Below, piece by piece: positions 12,770-24,692 of a DNA stretch of 57,339 nt; position 1 is the first letter of the stretch; each line of letters opens with the position of its first letter. The stretch covers positions 40,953,471 through 41,010,809 of the forward strand of contig NC_057728.1 of NCBI RefSeq assembly GCF_004010195.1, read 5' to 3'. A program made the position numbers and the translations under genes. Origin of the DNA: Chiloscyllium plagiosum. Its lineage: Eukaryota. The notes under the pieces were generated by a model that saw only the letters and a list, made by a program, of their open reading frames with translations, made no database searches and was not told the origin of the DNA.

Positions 12770-13660
12770 CAGTGACACTGCTTGGGGTGACTTTGATTTT
12801 GGCTTGAAAGCGTCAGACTCTTATCAAAGGTAAAAAAGCCATGATAAAAACGCTGGCGGAGCACCTCAGCCATCTTCTCAACCAGAGCTCTGTCATTGAC
12901 CAGAGCATTCTTGAACACATCCCGCAGCATAGTACAAGGTGTGAGCTCACTCACACCCCAGCCTTACACAAAGTATAGAAGGCCGCCTGCCAGCTTTCGA
13001 ACAAAGTTGCTGGAGTAGGCGGTATCCCTGCTGAGGAATTGAAATATGGAGGCAAAGGGCTCCTGCTGCAGCTCCATGCACTTGGTCTGCCATATCTGGA
13101 TGAGGGAGAGCATCCTGGGAGGGCTTTGAGAAGCCACGGTCGTGAGTACTTTCAACAAAGGGAACAAATCCGACTGTGGTAACAGGGGAATCTTTTTACT
13201 GTTGATCATCAGAAAACACCACCGAGGTCCTCCTCAATCATTTTCTTCCCTGAGGAACTTCTCCTGGAGTCGCAGTGTGGCTTTCGGCCACGGAGGGGCA
13301 CAACAGACATAATTTTCACTGCAACAGCTGCAGGAGAAATACAGAGAAAAGAACTGACCCCTGTACACAGCTTTCTTTGACTTTACAATCGTCAGTCGGG
13401 AAGCATTATGGAATGTCTTTCTCCGCTTTGGTTGCACCAAGAAGTTTGTCACCATCCTTCGCGTGCACCACGACAGCATGGAAGTTGTGGTAATGCAAAT
13501 GACTCCACCACTGACCATTTCCCGATTGGACTAATATCAAGCAGGTCTGTATCATCGCCTCAATGCTGTTCTTGATCTACCTGGCTGCAATGCTTCACCT
13601 CAGTGCTGACAAGTTGCTCGCTGGAATGGAGTTAACTTACAGAACCTGTGGGAAATCATT
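12770..13660 (+). mobile_element. RTE-clade LINE, upstream RT segment inverted relative to 11473-12398
   Basis: Plus-strand, frameshifted EHLSHLLNQSSVIDQSILEHIPQ, AGVGGIPAEELKYGG, KGNKSDCGNRGIFLL and MLFLIYLAAML...MELTYRTCGK. Confidence 0.85.
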
Positions 13661-14159
13661 TAAATAAAATATATAAAATTAATGTCTATGCCCTGTAACT
13701 GACCAATTTTCCCAGCAATCTTTGTTTGATGTGTTGAAGTTTCTCACCAAGAAGAAATGATTGCTGCTTCTTCTCATGATCCTTCAGCTTGAATTAACGA
13801 TCTGGCAGATTCAAAGAAAAGAACTCTGAAGGCTTAATCGTAGTTTTTGCAATCAATATGATGCCTCAAAAGCAGTGCATAATAAACAGTTAAGCCTTCT
13901 TATGTTGGTATTTTCTTGTTTTTGAGTAATTATTTAAGGTACCGAAATACAGTCTCACTTGTTGAGCTCCACAGTGATGCAGTAAAAATGTGAGCGTGTG
14001 AAAAACCTAAGTTCTTAGCTACGGCTGCTCCTTTGGAGGGACCAAGTTTGGGACTTCCAGCAGATGCCTTTCCTCAAATATTGACTATTTGTGACAGCAC
14101 TCTGGAAGCTTATTGGTGGCTCACTTCTTTGGCTCAAACTCCTCCAGCAGCAATGGTGG

Positions 14160-14810
14160 AGTATCCCTCTAAACCCTTTCTATTCATATACCCATCCAGA
14201 TGTCTGTTAAATGCTGTAGTTCTGCCTCCACCACTTCCTCTGGCAGCTTATTCCACACTGGCACCACCCTTTGCGTGAAAATGTTGCCCCTTAGGTCTGT
14301 TTTATATTTTTCCTCTCTCGCCCTACACCCATGCCCTCTTGTTCTGGACTCCCCCACCCCAAGGAAAAGATCCTGTCTATTTACCTTATCCATGCCCCTC
14401 ATGATTTTATAAACCTCCTATAAGGTCACCCCTCCACTTCCGACACTCCAGGGAAAACAGCCCCAGCCTATTCAGCCTCTCCCTATAGGTCAAATCCTCC
14501 AACCCTGGCAACATCCTCTTGTAAATCTTTCCTGAACACTTTCAAGTTTCAAAACATTCTTCCCATAGGAGGGATACCAGAATTGTACACAATATTCCAA
14601 AAATGGCCTAACCAATGTCCTGTATAGCCACAACATGATCTTCTAACTCCTATACTCAATACTCTGACCAATAAAGGAAAGCATACCTATCTACCTGCAA
14701 CTCCACTTTCAAGGAGCTATGAACCTGCACTCCAAGGTCTCTTTGTTCAGCAACACTCTTCAGGACCTTACTATTAAGTGTATAAGTCCTGCTCTGATTC
14801 GCCTTCCAAC
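14160..14810 (-). mobile_element. CR1/HER1 LINE fragment (ORF2 C-terminus)
   Basis: ESRTRGH...IFTQRVVPVWNKLP; similar to 12399-12760 and 4745-5050. Confidence 0.9.
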
Positions 14811-15094
14811 CCATTGTCAAATTCTCTCCTCATCATAGAAGTCTATAGCACATAAGAAGGCTCTTTGGTCCGTGATATCTGTTCTGATCAAGAACAGGTG
14901 CCTAACCATAACTGAATATTAGTCCCTGTCAGTTTGTTTATGGTTTGTCCTTTTTAGGTGTTAGGGGTAGAGCAAGGGAATGGGACTAACATGATTGCTC
15001 AACAAAGAGTTGGGCTCAATTGGCTCCATGTGATATGACTTTAGGATTCCTGAAATTTAGCACAAAATTCAAGAACATGCAGTGGTGTGGAACG

Positions 15095-15410
15095 CCGCAC
15101 TGTCACAGGTGTCTGGTCAGATTTTAAACCCCATCTTCCTCTCAGATGGATGCACAGATCCAGTGGTATTCTTTCAAAGAAGATCAAGGGAGCTGAGCGA
15201 ACTATTATCCCTCTATCAATATCATTAAAACTAGATTATCTGGTTGCAAATCTGACCCTGGGAGCTTGCTGTGCCCAAATTACTTGCAACATTTCCCACA
15301 ATACAACAACAGCTACATTTAAAAGCACCCCATTAATTGAAAAATGCTTAAGCATGTCCTGTGAGCTTGGAAGGTGCTGTATAAATTCAAGTCTATCATG
15401 CTTTTTCCTC
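15095..15410 (+). mobile_element. Deu-domain SINE (SacSINE1/AmnSINE1-like), best-preserved copy
   Basis: gcactgtc...ctctcagatggatg...aaaactagattatctgg...gggagcttgctgtgcccaaatt...aaggtgctgtataaattcaagtc follows the recalled Deu-domain order and ends in an L2-like tail. Confidence 0.7.
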
Positions 15411-16304
15411 AATGTGCAGTAGTTCTATCTGGTCAGGTGATTCTCCAACACAATTCCAATCTGACCTTCCCTTCAAGCAAGCTCATAGAACAGTCCAACT
15501 ATACCGTATTTGCCTGTAAATCACACCTCATTGGTTGTGTTATCGGTCCCCAACGATCCTGATAAATACCACTGGCTGCAACACAAAGCTGATTGTTTGC
15601 CATGATCTGGAATAAAAACACAGGAAACACAATTGGAGGACAGAAGTATTTAAACAGGAGAACAGTATCAATACAAACACTGAGAGATCCTTTCTTAATG
15701 AAAGAGTAATAGATTTCAGCAGTACCAGAATTGGAGCAGCAACCAAACACTGAGAAATATGCAAAAAGTCAAACTGAGAGAAGGGTTCAAATATGTTTTG
15801 GAGATTTGAATTTTTTTGCTCATTTGCTTTCCCTCAGTTAAACATTTGTGTGATAAGGTTTGAGAGCTCAAAGAGAGATATTCTGGAGGTGAAAATGTTT
15901 ATTGCTTGCTGAAGATTATTCTCACTTTTAATCAACATCACACATGGATTCCAGGGCATGCAAGGCCTTACTGTCATGAGATTGTAATACCAGATGCAGA
16001 ACATCTTGAGTCAGCAGCAAGACTAAATAACCAGTCATCTTTTTAAAGAAAAAAATGACAGACTATCATGTGCCAGTAATGCTGTTTTATATGCATGCAG
16101 TCCTTTTGGTAACTTCACCAGGTTGATAACTCATTTTCAGATATTCCTGGTGTTGCTCTTGGCAAGCTCTCCTGCAGTCTCCAATAAACCAAGGTTGATA
16201 GAACATAGAACATAGAAAAATACAGCGCAGTACAGGCCCTTTGGCCCTCGATGTTGCGCCGATCCAAGCCCACCTAACCTATACTAGTCCACTATCCTCC
16301 ATAT

Positions 16305-16449
16305 AGGTAAAAACAATGACTGCAGATGCTGGAAACCAGATTCTGGATCAATGGTGCTGGAAGAGCACAGCAATTCAGGCAGCATCGAGGAGCTTCAGCT
16401 GAAGCTCCTCGATGCTGCCTGAATTGCTGTACTCTTCCAGCACCATTGA
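16305..16449. mobile_element. Short Penelope-terminus-derived palindromic insertion
   Basis: Flanked by direct repeat tccactatcctccatat (16288-16304 and 16450-16466). Holds nearly all of the palindrome 16344-16453, whose last four bases overlap the right repeat. Confidence 0.85.
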
Positions 16450-17127
16450 TCCACTATCCTCCATATGCCTATCCAATGCCTGTTTAAATGCCCATAAAGA
16501 GGGAGAGTCCACCACTGCTACTGGCAGGGCATTCCATGAACTCATGACTCGCTGAGTGAAGAATCTACCCCTAACATCTGTCCTATACCTACCACCCCTT
16601 AATTTAAAGCTATGCCCCCTCATAATAGCTGACTCCATACGTGGAAAAAGATTCTCATGGTCGACCCTATCTAAACCCCTAATCATCTTGTACACATCTA
16701 TCAAGTCACCCCTAAACCTTCTTTTCTCCAATGAAAACAGCCCCAAGTGCCTCAGCGTTTCCTCATACGATCTTCCTACCATACCAGGCAACATCCTGGT
16801 AAACCTCCTCTGCACCCGTTCCAGTGCCTCCACATCCTTCCTATAGTATGGGGACCAAAACTGCCCACAATACTCCAGATGCGGCCGCACCAGAGTCTTA
16901 TACAACTGCAACATGACCTCAGGGCTCCGGAACTCAATTCCTCTACCAATAAAAGCCAGTACGCCATATGCCTTCTTCACCGCACTATTTACCTGGGTGG
17001 CAACTTTCAAAGATTTGTGTACACGGACACCAAGATCCCTCTGCTCATCCACACTACCAAGTATCCGACCATTAGCCTGTCATTTTGTTACTCTTACCAA
17101 AGTGAATCACCTCATACTTACCTACAT

Positions 17128-17434
17128 GGGTGGCACAGTGGTTAGCACTGCTGCCTCACAGCGCCAGAGACCCGGGTTCAATTCCCGCCTCAGGCGACTG
17201 ACTGTGTGGAGTTTACACGTGCTCCCCGTGTCTGCGTGGGTTTCCTCCGGGTGCTCCGGTTTCCTCCCACAGTCCAAAGATGTGCAGGGTCAGGTGAATT
17301 GGCCATACTAAATTGCCCGTAGTGTTAGGTAAGGGGTAAATATAGGGGTATGGGTGGGTTTCACTTCGGCGGGTCGGTGTGGACTTGTTGGGCCGAAGGG
17401 CCTGTTTCCACACTGTAATCTAATCTAATATAAT
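17128..17434 (+). mobile_element. HE1-type V-SINE nested in CR1
   Basis: Head, core and tail present. TSD ctacat at 17122-17127 and 17435-17440. Confidence 0.93.
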
Positions 17435-19861
17435 CTACATTGAACTCCATTTGCCAGCTTTCTGCCCAGCTCTGCAACTAATCTATATCCTGCTGTAACC
17501 TGACACATCCTTCCTCACTGTCAACAACTCCACCGACTTTCGTATCATCCGCAAACTTGCTCACCCAACCTTCTAGCCCCTCCTCCAGGTCATTTATAAA
17601 AATGACAAACAGCATTGGTCCCAAAACTGATCCTTGCAGAACACTGCTCATAACTGCACTCCAAGATGAACCTTTACCATCAACTACTACCCTCTGTCTT
17701 CTTCCAGCCAGCCAATTCCTAATCCAAACCTCCAACTCACCCTCAATGCCATACCTCTCTATTTTTTGCAGTAGCCTACCATGGGGAACCTTATCAAACG
17801 CCTTACTAAAATCCATATACACCACATCTACAGCTTTACCCTCGTCTGCCTCCTTAGTCACCTTCTCAAAGAATTCAATCAGGTTTGTGAGGCACGACCT
17901 GCCCTTCACAAAACCATGCTGACTATCCTTGATCACATTATTCCTATTCAGATGTTCATAAATCCTATCCCTTACAATTCTCTCTAAGACTTTGCCCACA
18001 ACAGAAGTGAGACTCACCAGCCTATAGTTACTAGGGTTATCCCTACTCCCCTTCTTGAACTCCCCTTCCTGGCTTGATGGTAATGGTAGGGTGGGGTATA
18101 TACCAGGCCATGAGGTTGCAGATTGTGTTGGAGTATAATGCATTTTATGCTAAATCCCAAAGTGAATTTGAAACTTCAATTGAAAGACATCAATTTGATG
18201 ACTCCAAATCAAGAGAAAACTAGATGTAATAATTTACACAATTTTAAACCTTTACTTTTGAGGCCTTGGTTTCCATTCTCAGCATCATCCAGTGCAAACT
18301 AGCTTGTCCAAAACCATACAAAAGATCATCTGAGTAGTTTCTGGTGAGGGGAGATGGATGGTGAGGAACCCCTGAGAAAATAAGATTTTTTTAAAAAATC
18401 TTGTCTTCCATAACTTGTTAAATAATTTGAAAGTAAATTTAATTCACATTCAAAATCTCCTTTATATCGCAAAACAATGATTGGAAGTTTAAATGTTAGC
18501 CTTGGATGTTATAAGTCAGGCAGAAATATAGTATTCATATAAGCTACCTCATTTAGTGTCCATCTGTGTACATTGGTTGTGAAAAGAATATGGCAATTTC
18601 CATCCTGGTTCCAGTTTGAGTAAACTGTTGCTGTAGGAATATTACAGTATTTAGAAACACCGAACTCCTGGGAGCCTCTATACCTACAGCAATAATGATG
18701 GTGAGAATTAAGAGGCTAACAAAATGACTGGCCAATTGAATCCTTGATCTCAGATTTTCCCCAGAATCAATTCTCTGAAAATTCAGGCATTGTGTAATTT
18801 TAGGCAATTTGTTTTTCTGACCTTTCAGAAGTAACTATGTTGAAAATAATCTTCAATTTCTCATCCCTATAAGCTCATCATTGTTTCTAGTCATCACCAC
18901 TCTATGGCAATAAAGCATTAACAGGTAGTTCAGCACCATGTTAAATGCTTCCTGGGCACCAACACTGCTTCCTCTGAGCAACAGCGAACTAGCAAACAGT
19001 AGGCAACTGTAAGTAATTTCTTCTTTGAATTCCGCTGCCTTAAGAGTTAACTTGTGGGATCAGAAAAGGTACCATTAAATGATTTTTTCTCTGAAGTTGC
19101 TCTTTGAAGTTGACTACAGTGAAGCAGATCACCATGGAGAAGAGGAGGAGCCTGGAATAGGGAGATCACTACACAAGTGAAATCAGGAATGAAATGGGGG
19201 CCTGCTGTGTGGGGGGTGTTGGTTGGTTTATTGTACAACAGCTCCCTGGTTTTGACACTGGGCTTATATGGTGAAATGTGGTCTGGTGAAAAACACAGGA
19301 GGCAAATACTTTAAAGGCAAAGGAAACTTTAATTTAATAAGACAAGCAAAATGGAGATTATATATAATCCCTGACAATAAAATAAATATTTAGAAAAAAA
19401 TAATGCAGTGCATCAAGTAAAATGAGACTTGTCTGACAGCTACTAATACCCCAGTTAACTCTTGCAGCCCCGACTTGGTACAGTGGGTTTTGAATTGCAG
19501 AGAACTGTTAATCACTGAGTGGCAAGGAAAAAAGAGAGTAAACCTGAATCCCAGGGACCTATCCTGTTTCCCTTCAGTGGGGAGTGCCTTGTATCATTGT
19601 ATCAGCTCGTACTGAGTTGGGACAGAGGGTGTGATGACCTTTATGCTCACCCCTGAAGTGGCTTTTGTTGGTATGGACAGTGGTGGATGTCGCTGGTGCT
19701 GTCCCCAGCCGGTGCCACGGCTCTCTAATCATTTCTTGTCAATAGTTGGGAGGTTCGTTTCTCAGAAGATTATTCACTCTCCTTTTCCTGAGTCTGCGAC
19801 TGGCTTTAGCTGATTCTCTTGATGCTGACTGAACCTCTTGCCGAACAAACCCCAGAGATCA

Positions 19862-20031
19862 CCCAGTTATACTGACTGTCCCTTTCCCTTATTGCCCACT
19901 CGGGATTCCCCAGTTATACTGACTGTTCCTTTCCCTTATCGCCCACTCAGGATTCCCCAGTTATACTGACTGTCCCGTTCCCTTATCGCCCACTCAGGAT
20001 TCTCCAGTTATACTGACTGTCCCTTTCCCTT
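19862..20031. repeat. 47-bp minisatellite, about 3.6 copies
   Basis: Unit cccagttatactgactgtccctttcccttattgcccactcgggattc starts at 19862, 19909, 19956 and 20003. Confidence 0.95.
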
Positions 20032-20075
20032 GTCTCCTGCCAAATCTGGATTTGATCAGTGAGCTGTTGTTCAAC

Positions 20076-20835
20076 CCACCCTCCCCACCCGGCACTTTCC
20101 CCTGCCACCACAGGAATTGCAAAACCTGCGCCCATGCCTCCCCCCTCACCTCCATTCAAGACCCCAAAGGAGCCTTCCTCAACCACCAAAGTTTCACCTG
20201 CACTTCCACACATGTCATTTACTATATCCATTGCTCCCAATGGGGTCTCCTCTACATTGGGGAGACAGGACGCCTACTTACAGAGTGCTTCAGAGAATTC
20301 TCTGGGACACCTGCACCAACCAACCCCACCGCCTCGTGGCCGAATACTTCAACTCTCCCTTCCAATTCACCAAGGACATACAGGTCCTGGGGCACCTCCA
20401 TTGCTACACCCTAACCACCCGACGCCTAGAGGAAGAACACATCATCTTCCGTCTTGGGACCCTCCAACCACACGGTTGAAATCAATGTGGATTTCACCAG
20501 TTTCCTCATTTCCTCTCCCCACACCTTATCACAGATCTGACCTGCCAACTTGGCACCATCCTCATGACCTATCCATCTTCCTTCCCAACTATTGGCTCCA
20601 CCCTCCTCTCTGATCTATCACCATTACCCCCCCCCTCCGTTTACCTATTGCACTCTCATCTACCTTCCTCCCTAGCTCCACCCCCTTTCCATTTAACTCT
20701 CCACCCCCTTGGCTCACAGCCTCATTCCTGATGAAGGGCTTTTGCCCAAAAGGTCAGTTCTCCTGCTCCTCGGATGCTGGCTGACCTGCTGTGCTTTTCC
20801 AGCACCACAATCTCGATTCTGCAGTTCCACTTCTC
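20076..20835 (+). mobile_element. Penelope-like element 3' fragment: Cys-rich linker, GIY-YIG endonuclease, terminal repeat
   Basis: GTFPCHHRNCKTC...FTCTSTHVIYYIHC...LYIGETGR, then after a frameshift RRLEEEHIIFRLGTLQPHG, then a C-rich terminal repeat. Confidence 0.92.
20724..20759 (+). ncRNA. Degenerate minimal hammerhead motif
   Basis: attc-CTGATGA-A-gggc-tttt-gccc-AAAA-gg-TC; G12 changed to A. Confidence 0.55.
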
Positions 20836-21069
20836 TGGGCTGAATGACCTATCTGAATATTAGATGAGGTGTGAATGGTTCTCCAATTAAAGTGAGTGGG
20901 TTTCCAATAGTTCTGAATATCCAACATTTCTCTTAGATGTGTGTAGGTTAAGGTTTTGCTGATAGTCTGAAGGCCTTCCCATTCGAGACAAACAGGTTTG
21001 TATGTTATACAATGGTGTGGAATGTTTAATATTTCTGCGTCGGAGCAAATGATTAAAAGTTGAATGGTT

Positions 21070-21391
21070 TCATAGAATCCTTACGGTGTGGGAACAGACC
21101 ATTTGGCCCAACAAGTCCACACCAACCCTCTGAAGAGTAACTCACCCAGACCCAACCCCTTATCCTATTACTCCACATTTACCCCTGATTAATGCACCTA
21201 ACCTACACATCCCTCAAAACAATGGGCAATTTAGCATGGCAAATTCATCTAACTTATATGTCTTTGCATTGCCGGAGCATCCGGAGGAAACCCACAAAGA
21301 CATAGGGAAAATGTGCAAGCTCCACACTGACAGTCAAACCCAGGTCCGTGGTGCCATGAGGCAGCCGTGTTAACTGCTGAGCGACTGTGCC
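21070..21391 (-). mobile_element. Older HE1-related V-SINE
   Basis: Same head and core with internal deletions and a ttctatga-type tail. Confidence 0.85.
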
Positions 21392-23204
21392 TTTTTGTAA
21401 TTTTGTAGGTTCCAGAATGTCTGCAGGCTGGCATTCATTGTCTTTTAGTTGAGGCATTTGTGGGGTTCTTCTTTTAGCTTTACAAGCTAAACCCCTGTTC
21501 CAGACAGCTGTCCCTATGCTTACATATTGCCTCATCTGTCTCAGCCAGAGAGCTCCATGACTCTTAGTTCAAATGTGGATTCCACAAAGTTCAGAGGGTT
21601 CTAGTCCAGGGTATCTAATGGGAAGTTTTACCCTGCCTTACAAAACTGAACTTATGCCTTACAAAACTATTTTTAAAAATTGGTTGTTTACAACAAGAAC
21701 GGTGGAGAGAGAAAATTTTGACTTACCATTAATTTGTTTCCAGATTCCTAAAGGGAATATTTAGAGTATGATTCCTCTGACATCTTATCCAAAGGGCCAT
21801 GACTCCTACCATGACCATGATAGGTTTGGTCAAATGGTCTCTCTCCTATCTCATGTGGCTACTGTAAAATTGTGTTGTATGACCAAAACATGGACTGCAT
21901 TATTATGGTAAGAAAATCTAATTGTCATAGTTGACATTCTTGCTGATTTTACTTCGGCTGTGACAATCAGCATATTATTCAAAATAACCTTTTCCTGTGT
22001 TGCATCAAGTATTGAAGTTTCATAGTTCTCATTAAAGTTCAATTGTTTTGAAGATAGTTTCATAAAGTGTCTCATATAGTACTTGCACTGAAATGTAAGC
22101 CTATGGCACAAGTAGAAGAATTGCATCTAACAGCCTCAGGAGAGTTTATAAACCTTCTAGCAAGAATTTTCTAGTTTTGTGTCTGTGTGGTACTTAGGAT
22201 GAAATAGTTCAGAGTTCATGCATTTAATTTCATCGAAAGCTGAACTGTATTTCTGTGCCATTTGTGAATACAAAGTGAAATATTTTGAGATTACGCGGAG
22301 TGTATTTCTAGTAGGGTTTACTTCCATGATTTTGTTTTTAATACAGTTGCATCACAAACTGATGAATGATATAAATTGTAATGTTCCTCCTTTGTATTGA
22401 CGCAAAAGTTTTAGCTGGAAATGCTAATACTAATATTATCTGATAACATGTCATGTGCTGTAAATACATCAGACCTGCAGAAAGCACTCACCAGTGACAG
22501 TATTGCTTTGGCAGCATGTTTACTGACTCGGGGCAACTTGAATATGGAGTTCATCTCTTCAGTTTTCCTACTGTGCGTGTAAAGATTAATGTCACATGGT
22601 GTTGGTAAGGTAGTTAATTTTGACAACTTAATTTTTTACATTCATCAGTGTCATATCTGCCTAAATCATTGTTTTGTTTTCATTACTGACAATTCAGTAC
22701 TGAAATGTTTTCCCTTTAGTTTCTTCAAAGACTTGAATTAAATATAGCAATTTTTCATTAGCATTAAAAGGAAGATCTCTTTAAATTATCTTGACCCACA
22801 GTCAAGATGGGGACTCTTGAAAGCTCCTCCAGAGCTTATTCATGTATTTGCAAGGAGATCCACTCTTCCCATGGGAAAAAATGGACCTTCCTGCGCTGTA
22901 ACAAAACTTTGATTTGAACTGTTTTACATGGCTGTTAGATTATTTTCATGTAACAACCACCTCTAAATTATGTGTGATTCCATTTATCCAGCCATGTTCA
23001 AATGTCATCAATGATGTTTAGACAGTAAATTAACACCCAAGGCATGTGTACAGGAAGTGGGGTGGTATAAGCAGCCAGCTGCTGTCTTTTCAATCTTGTT
23101 TTGATGGGCTCCCTAATCTTTTCTTATTGGAGTATCCTATCTGTTTATTGTCCCAGTACGATGGTTTAATGCCATAGAATGGTATACCTGGCCTTTTGTA
23201 GCGT

Positions 23205-23927
23205 CTAAGAGTCAAACAGTATGGAATTGGATCAGCTCTTCCATGCTGACCAAGTTACCCAAACTAAACTAGTCCCACTTGCCTGCATTTGGCCCATACT
23301 CCTCAAAAGCTTTCCTATTCATGTTCATTTCCAAATGTCTTTCAAATGTTGCAACTGTACCTGCATCTACCACTTCCTCTGGCAGTTTATTCCACATTCT
23401 ACCATCCTCTGTGTGAAATATTTGCCCCTCTGATCCCTTTTAAATCTTTATCCTCTCACCTTAAATTTATACCCCCTAGTTTTAAACTCCCCTACCCTAG
23501 GGAAAATGCCTTTGCTATTTGCCTTTATCTCTGCCCTTCATGACTTTATAGACGTCTATAAGGTCACCCCTCAACTTCTTACACTCCAGGCAGAAAAAGG
23601 TCCCAGCCTCTCGTTATACCTCAAATCCTCCAGTCCTGGCAACATCCTGGTCAATCTTTTCTGAATTCGCTCCAATTTCATAACATCCTTCCTACAGCAG
23701 GGTGACCAGAACTGTACACAGTATTCCTAAAGTGGCCCCAACAACATCCTGACAACTTTAACAAGATGTCCCAACTCATATACTCAAGGTCTGAGCAATG
23801 AAGGCAAGCATGCTAAATGCCTTCTTAACCACTAGTGATGCAATATACAAAGAACTCTGTACCTGAACCCCTAGGTCTCTCTGTGTGACAACACTACCCA
23901 AGGCCCTACCATTAACTGTGTAAGTTA
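23205..23927 (-). mobile_element. CR1/HER1 LINE 3' fragment
   Basis: Similar to 14160-14810 (ggtcacccc...ctggcaacatcctgg...cagaactgtacacagtattcc). Confidence 0.85.
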
Positions 23928-24356
23928 TGGAAAAGAATTTTTACAAAAGCCTATTGTACACCTTGGGGTGTTATCATTTCACTGACTTGTGTGATCATCA
24001 CTCTAGGATGTGACCATTTTGTTTTAACCCTTTCTTCTTTGCTTGTGCCCTGTCCTAATAACATGGCCGACTCCCAGGCAACAATTAATAAACTGGATTA
24101 ATTCAAATACTTTTCCTAAACTAAATTACTTGCTGCAAATGCTATCCTGTCCAAGGTTTATTATTTTTTAATTTTAATGAATTCTTTTTTCCTCTTTCCA
24201 CCATAAGTTTCGCTGCTCATTCAGATTAATCCTGCTGCTTGAACAGGTAGTAAAAACAAAATCAAAAGTAACTTTCAAAAACTATTCAAATAGTTTCAAT
24301 GATTCAAATAATCAATCAATTCAGGGGCACACTGCTGAGTAATTAAGTCTTTCCAT

Positions 24357-24667
24357 TTAGATTAGATTAGATTAGATTACAGTGTGGAAACAGGCCCTTC
24401 GGCCTAACAAGTCCACACCGACCCGCCGAAGCGAAACCCACCCATACCCCTACATTTACCCCTTACCTAACACTACAGGCAATTTAGTATGGCCAATTCA
24501 CCTGACCCTGCACATCTTTGGATGGTGGGAGGAAACCGGAGCACCCGGAGGAAACCCACGCAGACACGGGGAGAACGTGCAAACTCCACACAGTCAGTCG
24601 CCTGAGGCGGGGATTGAACCCGGGTCTCTGGCGCTGTGAGGCAGCAGTGCTAACCACTGTGCCACCC
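24357..24667 (-). mobile_element. HE1-type V-SINE, young
   Basis: Near-identical to 32920-33233; (TAATC)n tail. Confidence 0.94.
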
Positions 24668-24692
24668 ACTAAAAGTTGATTTTTACTGAGGT

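Larger units (their letters stand above)
16198..18060 (-). mobile_element. 5'-truncated CR1/HER1 LINE (RT to 3' end) carrying two nested insertions
   Basis: Long RT frames 17478-18060 (NYRLVSLTS, DFSKAFDKV, QGSVLGP, KFADDTK) and about 16470-17052 (LVRPHLEYCGQFWSP, FFTQRV). Tail is (TTCTATG)n. Confidence 0.95.

Noticed and set aside
16375..18143. 225-aa and 221-aa ORFs as host genes
   Set aside because: Both are CR1 ORF2 fragments of a 5'-truncated, interrupted LINE; their ends run into unrelated flanking or inserted DNA.
19862..20031. CRISPR-like array
   Set aside because: Units are contiguous and near-identical with no unique spacers; vertebrate context with no cas genes.
24382..24639. Recurrent 85-aa ORF MWKQALRPNKS... 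(also 32940-33197, partly 17213-17413)
   Set aside because: Antisense reading of HE1 SINE copies, not a gene family.
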